From positions 1 through 54,387 of IMG/VR virus record IMGVR_UViG_3300010273_000001: a DNA stretch of 54,387 nt; one strand, 5' to 3'. The notes beneath the pieces were generated by a model, which saw nothing but the letters and a program-made list of their open reading frames with translations, had not been told where the DNA came from and did no database searches. Position numbers and translations under genes: made by a program. Of the stretch, positions 50,542-54,387 are shown one piece after another (the stretch's first letter is position 1; each line of letters begins with the position of its first letter). Source of the stretch: a virus.

Positions 50542-52488
50542 TCAAAATAAACTCAATTGACCTTTTTCTTTCGCTTTTTCTAATTCTTGTTGATAATCAT
50601 ATTTATACTTGTTTAAAGCATAATCAATTCTATCCCTTGCAATATTGCAATATTCTTCCTCTAAATCAATTCCAATGAATTTGTAATCGGCTTGTCTTTC
50701 TCTATTTTCAAACATACACGCTTTGCCGGTTGAACCACTTCCCATAAATGGATCAAGTATTATTCCGCCCTTTGGTGTTACTAATCGGACTAAATACTGC
50801 ATTAACTCACAAGGTTTTACTGTTGGATGAATATTTTTACGAAGAGTTTCGCCGCGTTGATATGGATTGTCGATTGATTTTTTACGCCCATCATTTATAG
50901 TGGATGCCGCTATCTCCAACCCTTCATCTCTATCTTTTTTATTTGCTTTTGCACAATAGAAAAATCGGGAAGCAGAACCACTATCACCGTATGTTTCACT
51001 TAATGGATGTTCTTTATTAAACTTACCATAAATACCATTAGGACTACCATCAGTGTGTCTTTGATGTTCGCTTGTCATTTTCCCACTTTTCGTATGAGGA
51101 AATAAACTTTCTACTTCATCACTTCCATCGTGGATTACGTTTGCTGGAAAACGACCTTGGGATGTTTTCTCAGTTATACACTTCTTGGTTCCCCAACCAT
51201 CACTCTGTAAGTTATCTAAAAATCCAACATTTGTTGCAATAGTTTCACCATTTTCTAACGGAATCCTACAACCATCAATGTTAATACCACCCACACCATA
51301 TTTGATTACATTATCGGCAACCGTTCCTTTAAATGGTTTTCTTGCAACAATTATAGGTTCATAGGCAGGTTTTAATGCAGTTCCCCAACCTTGCCATTGA
51401 TTTTGTGCTTGTTTGATTTCATATTCGCCACCGAAAGGATTTTTAACCATATTTAGACTTCTAGTATGTGTATTTGCGTTTCCACTTTTGCCTTTCCCAA
51501 TTATTTTACTTTTTAGCCCTAATTTTTTATCTATCGCTAAACCTATATTTAATGATTTTGGGAACCCTGAATTACCCGTTATAAATATTTGACCGTTTCG
51601 CCTAGCCACAAACGCACCCGTTGGAACTTGAACGCACCACATGTTTCCGACATATTCTACTTCTTCGACAGTCGCCAGAGTGGTTCGGGTTTTCCCGTAG
51701 CCCCACATACAGGGCAGGTTATCAACACCTTCCCCTCGCATTGCTCCGGAGGGATTACTTTCCCCTTCTTGTTTTTGCTGATACTCTTGGAGGCGCACTC
51801 TTTGGAGCAAGTCTTGTTTCGTGATGCTTGTTCCTTCGTGTGGGTAGGGAATGGTTTCCGGCAGATCGTGCAAACTTTCCAAAAAGGGTACACTCTCTTG
51901 ACGTTCCAATGTTTCGGCGTAGGCAAATACTTTTCTTCCGCCTCGTTCAACAATGCAACGATGATTTCGGGAAACGATTTGGTCTGTAAAATCCGATTTA
52001 ATTCGGTAGGCGGGATGTTTGTTTTCATAGATAAAACTCCTTTCGGGTTGGTGGATCTCGAAAGAATCTTTATCCATGTTATAACATATTACGGGGCTTT
52101 CTTCAATGGCTTTATGGTATCGTTCCCATCCGTTAAGTGTCAATATCTCTGTATCTTCCGACAAGCATCCATATAACCACATAATGGTATCTCTTATTTC
52201 AAACCCAGCATCCTCAATAGCACAAGCAATTCTGTGAAATGTTTTACTGCCGCCAAATGCTAATAAATAACCGCCTGGTTTTAATACTTCATAGCACTTT
52301 CGCCAAGTTTCAGGTTGAAAAGCAATTCCTGTTCTATCCCACCCTTTATTCATAAAGTTAAGTTCATATGGTGGGTCAGTTATTATTGAGTCTATTGTAT
52401 TTGGTTCTATAATTTCTAACATATCTAACATAGAACCGTTATAAATAGAATAACTCTCTGTGTTTGCTATTAGTTTTATTTTCGCCAT
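50542..52488 (-). CDS. beta-class DNA methyltransferase (DPPY type) interrupted by a mini-intein
   Basis: TDPPYELNF and DPFMGSGSTG. The extein junction IMWLYG|SGFPKS is restored after removing aa C..N (199 aa). ATG at 52488; the ORF-track start at 52506 is TTG. Confidence 0.85.
   Translation of the reverse strand: MAKIKLIANTESYSIYNGSMLDMLEIIEPNTIDSIITDPPYELNFMNKGWDRTGIAFQPETWRKCYEVLKPGGYLLAFGGSKTFHRIACAIEDAGFEIRDTIMWLYGCLSEDTEILTLNGWERYHKAIEESPVICYNMDKDSFEIHQPERSFIYENKHPAYRIKSDFTDQIVSRNHRCIVERGGRKVFAYAETLERQESVPFLESLHDLPETIPYPHEGTSITKQDLLQRVRLQEYQQKQEGESNPSGAMRGEGVDNLPCMWGYGKTRTTLATVEEVEYVGNMWCVQVPTGAFVARRNGQIFITGNSGFPKSLNIGLAIDKKLGLKSKIIGKGKSGNANTHTRSLNMVKNPFGGEYEIKQAQNQWQGWGTALKPAYEPIIVARKPFKGTVADNVIKYGVGGINIDGCRIPLENGETIATNVGFLDNLQSDGWGTKKCITEKTSQGRFPANVIHDGSDEVESLFPHTKSGKMTSEHQRHTDGSPNGIYGKFNKEHPLSETYGDSGSASRFFYCAKANKKDRDEGLEIAASTINDGRKKSIDNPYQRGETLRKNIHPTVKPCELMQYLVRLVTPKGGIILDPFMGSGSTGKACMFENRERQADYKFIGIDLEEEYCNIARDRIDYALNKYKYDYQQELEKAKEKGQLSLF
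51571..52167 (-). mobile_element. 199-aa mini-intein (Hint domain)
   Basis: Block A CLSEDTEILTLNG, block B IVSRNHRCIV, blocks F/G MWCVQVPTGAFVARRNGQIFITGN followed by +1 Ser. No endonuclease domain is present in frame. Confidence 0.8.
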
Positions 52489-52583
52489 TTGTTTCAGCCC
52501 TTTCAAAACAAACTCATTTGTTCCTGCTTTAAAATAGTGCTAGTTGACCTTTAACGCAGAGAATTAAGATAATACCCCGAGTT

Positions 52584-52796
52584 TTATCTCTGTTTCGCTT
52601 TCTGCAAAATAAGAATCTTTTCTCCGTCCGTTTCTCCAAGCAAAATTTCAAATGACTTTGTCTGCATTATATCCCGATATTCTTTCGGAATAACAATACG
52701 ACCTAATTTGTCAATATCACGGCGAATGCCAATCGGCTTAACTTTTTTGCTTTTAATAAGACTTAATATCTCTTCCTTCGTATATTTAATTCTCAA
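52584..52796 (-). CDS. AbrB/MazE/SpoVT-type DNA-binding regulator (70 aa, TTG start)
   Basis: IRRDIDKLGRIVIPKEYRD...EKILILQK matches the AbrB swapped-hairpin motif. SD AAGGAGGAG lies 5 nt before the TTG at 52796. The ORF-track ATG at 52883 overlaps the upstream gene. Confidence 0.7.
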   Translation of the reverse strand: MRIKYTKEEILSLIKSKKVKPIGIRRDIDKLGRIVIPKEYRDIMQTKSFEILLGETDGEKILILQKAKQR

Positions 52797-52857
52797 GTTT
52801 GCTCCTCCTTCTCTTCGATTCTCACATACATCCAATTCCCCAGGGGGAGTAATTGAT

Positions 52858-53961
52858 TTAAGAATTGCTTTTCTGTATTTCATAGTTCTCCTTTTTCTTT
52901 ACCCTTGCTATAATCTTTCCACATAACCCCCACTCTTCAAGCGGCACTTCTCGCAACACTTTTGCTTTGCTTGTTCTAACTTTACCATCGGAATCCAACG
53001 GTAATACAATATCTTTGATATCAGTCTCTAATTCTAGGATTGCTAAATCAGACCAACTTCCCCCATAATTCAAAGCCCAATCCAAATGAGAAATATGTAT
53101 GCCCGTTGAACAATCTTTTTCATTATTAGGATCGCATTCTCCTTTTACTGTTTCACCGATTTTATAAATAAAATTGCTGTTATAATCGCTACGATATATA
53201 TCGCCATCTTTATGCACTGCTTTATAAAAAACAGCTTTTTTATTATCGTGCTCTATTTCATAAAAATCCATAAATTCCCGAATTGTCTGGGGGGGATAAA
53301 CAATACGAGCATTGCCAAACGCTCGGACTTTCCCCTTCGTTTGATTAATGATTTGACTATTGCCATAGCCTTCAACAGATGAACTATCCCGAGCAACAAC
53401 AAAAGAATTTCCCTTAGCCTCAACCCAAGAGTTACCCCTAGCCTCAACCGAAGAATTTTCGATTGCTATAACCATATAATTCCCCAAAGCCACAACATGA
53501 GAATTCCCCGAAGCCGCAACATAAGACTTATCCCAAGCCTCAATCGAAGAATTGTCCCGAGCCGAAACCCAAGACTTATCCCAAGCCTCAATCGAAGAAT
53601 TGCCCGTGGCTACAACCGAAGAAAGATCTCGGGCTACAACCGAGGAATTATCTCGGGCTACAACCCCGGATTTATCCAAAGCCACAACAAAAGAATTTTC
53701 CAAAGCTTCAATCGCAGACCTATCTCTAGCCTCAACCACAGACTTCCCCTTAGCCACAACAGAGGAATTCCCACAAGCCACAACATGAGAATTATTCAAA
53801 ACCACAACAGGTAAATAATATCTGTTTCTTACTTGTATTTTATGGCTACCACAATCAACATAAATCATACCTTTAAAACTCAAAGGAATCGCATCTAACT
53901 CAGCTTGGGTTCTAACCGTTATTTCGGTTAGTTTTGAATAATCAATATTTTTCATATTCAC
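52858..53961 (-). CDS. octapeptide-repeat (beta-solenoid-like) protein with globular C-terminal domain
   Basis: About 19-21 tandem 8-aa units x(G/D)(N/K)Sx(V/I)xA. SD AAGAGGTG. Confidence 0.75.
   Translation of the reverse strand: MNMKNIDYSKLTEITVRTQAELDAIPLSFKGMIYVDCGSHKIQVRNRYYLPVVVLNNSHVVACGNSSVVAKGKSVVEARDRSAIEALENSFVVALDKSGVVARDNSSVVARDLSSVVATGNSSIEAWDKSWVSARDNSSIEAWDKSYVAASGNSHVVALGNYMVIAIENSSVEARGNSWVEAKGNSFVVARDSSSVEGYGNSQIINQTKGKVRAFGNARIVYPPQTIREFMDFYEIEHDNKKAVFYKAVHKDGDIYRSDYNSNFIYKIGETVKGECDPNNEKDCSTGIHISHLDWALNYGGSWSDLAILELETDIKDIVLPLDSDGKVRTSKAKVLREVPLEEWGLCGKIIARVKKKENYEIQKSNS
53296..53799 (-). repeat. tandem 24-nt coding repeats (octapeptide units)
   Basis: Units include LNNSHVVA, CGNSSVVA, KGKSVVEA, RDRSAIEA ... 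YGNSQIIN. Confidence 0.85.
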
Positions 53962-54006
53962 ACCTCTTTTTCAATCTCTTTCTTTTGTCCATAAACACAA
54001 CCAAAA

Positions 54007-54384
54007 TCAGACGTAGTCGATTTCGGCAAGAGTTTGTTCAATTTCATCCTGTAATGCTGTAGGTTTTGGGCAATCGCATCCGCTTGGCTTGCGGCCTTTC
54101 CAAAGACATTTATATTTTTCAATTTCATCATAAGCTTTCGTCAACAATTCCCTCATCCTCGCCACTCGCACCCTTGATTGCTCTATTTGCTTTTCCCTTG
54201 CGATTACCTCATCCATAAGGCATTTAACTTCGTACTTCCAATCTTCAAGTTTTGCCCGGAGCTGCTCATTCTCCTGCTGCAAGGCTTCGATAGCTTCAGC
54301 AGCCTCATCTATTAGCCTGTCTATATGCGTCCATCCAGACATGCGATTGTTTTTTCGCAATTTCTCTAGCAATTCTTCATACAT
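54007..54384 (-). CDS. coiled-coil protein spanning the circular junction
   Basis: The ORF runs into the terminal repeat. The likely true start is the ATG at window 129..127 (MNGMYEELL...) behind SD GGAGGGAAG. C-terminal Cys cluster CLWKGRKPSGCDC. Confidence 0.65.
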   Translation of the reverse strand: MYEELLEKLRKNNRMSGWTHIDRLIDEAAEAIEALQQENEQLRAKLEDWKYEVKCLMDEVIAREKQIEQSRVRVARMRELLTKAYDEIEKYKCLWKGRKPSGCDCPKPTALQDEIEQTLAEIDYV

Positions 54385-54387
54385 GCC
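54265..54387. repeat. Terminal direct repeat copy 2 (identical to 1..123)
   Basis: Direct comparison of both window ends. Confidence 0.95.

Noticed and set aside
52584-52883. A lysogeny module (repressor plus integrase) around the AbrB-like gene.
   Set aside because: I recognised no integrase, recombinase, excisionase or CI/Cro-like pair anywhere in the genome. The AbrB-like gene sits inside the leftward operon.
53497-53814. Plus-strand ORFs (105 and 78 aa) with repetitive RIPS/NRR and ATTEE patterns.
   Set aside because: They lie antisense to the octapeptide-repeat gene, and their periodicity simply reflects the 24-nt coding repeats. They have no SD.

Overview
This window looks like a complete, circularly closed dsDNA tailed-phage genome. 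Bases 1..123 are identical to 54265..54387, leaving about 54.26 kb of unique sequence, and the junction falls inside a minus-strand gene. The DNA is AT-rich, uses strong GGAGG-type Shine-Dalgarno sites and has many ATGA/TAATG/TTGA coupled starts, so a Firmicutes-type host is likely (inference).

Architecture: two arms diverge from a non-coding hub at about 12.45-12.8 kb and converge at 40.46 kb on a shared hairpin terminator.
- Rightward arm (12805..40468): terS, terL, portal, scaffold-like protein, capsid candidate, a 1243-aa structural protein, two tail-fibre-like proteins, membrane/ejection-like proteins and a 3069-aa polyvalent giant protein. I could not recognise a tape measure, tube or sheath, which suggests but does not show a short tail.
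- Leftward arm (12450 down to 126, wrapping to 54384 down to 40465): about 30 tiny acidic or Cys-rich early ORFs, RadC, an SNF2 helicase, an octapeptide-repeat protein, an AbrB-like regulator and two beta-class DNA methyltransferases (one split by a 199-aa mini-intein). It continues with an SSB-like protein, a Rad52/Sak-like annealing protein, a Cas4-like exonuclease, a primase-helicase, a VRR-NUC nuclease and a Dam-like methyltransferase.
- I could not recognise an integrase, DNA polymerase, RNA polymerase, endolysin, tRNA or CRISPR array.

Most interesting signals:
1. A six-copy family of intercistronic stem/internal-loop/stem elements with compensatory arm changes. Each places a pseudo-SD, an anti-SD and the real SD in series.
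2. A mini-intein inside a methyltransferase that carries an out-of-frame, SD-preceded zinc-ribbon ORF in its linker.
3. A roughly 200-bp GC-rich microsatellite/G-tract island exactly at the divergence point, upstream of terS.
4. A 520-bp AT-rich non-coding hub with inverted repeats, direct repeats and 10-bp phased A/T tracts.
5. A giant protein with two HExxH modules and an NPPF methyltransferase-like module.
6. A DnaJ-type 4x CxxCxGxG zinc-finger module inside a tail-fibre-like protein.

No database search or folding program was run. All family names come from motifs I recognise by eye.
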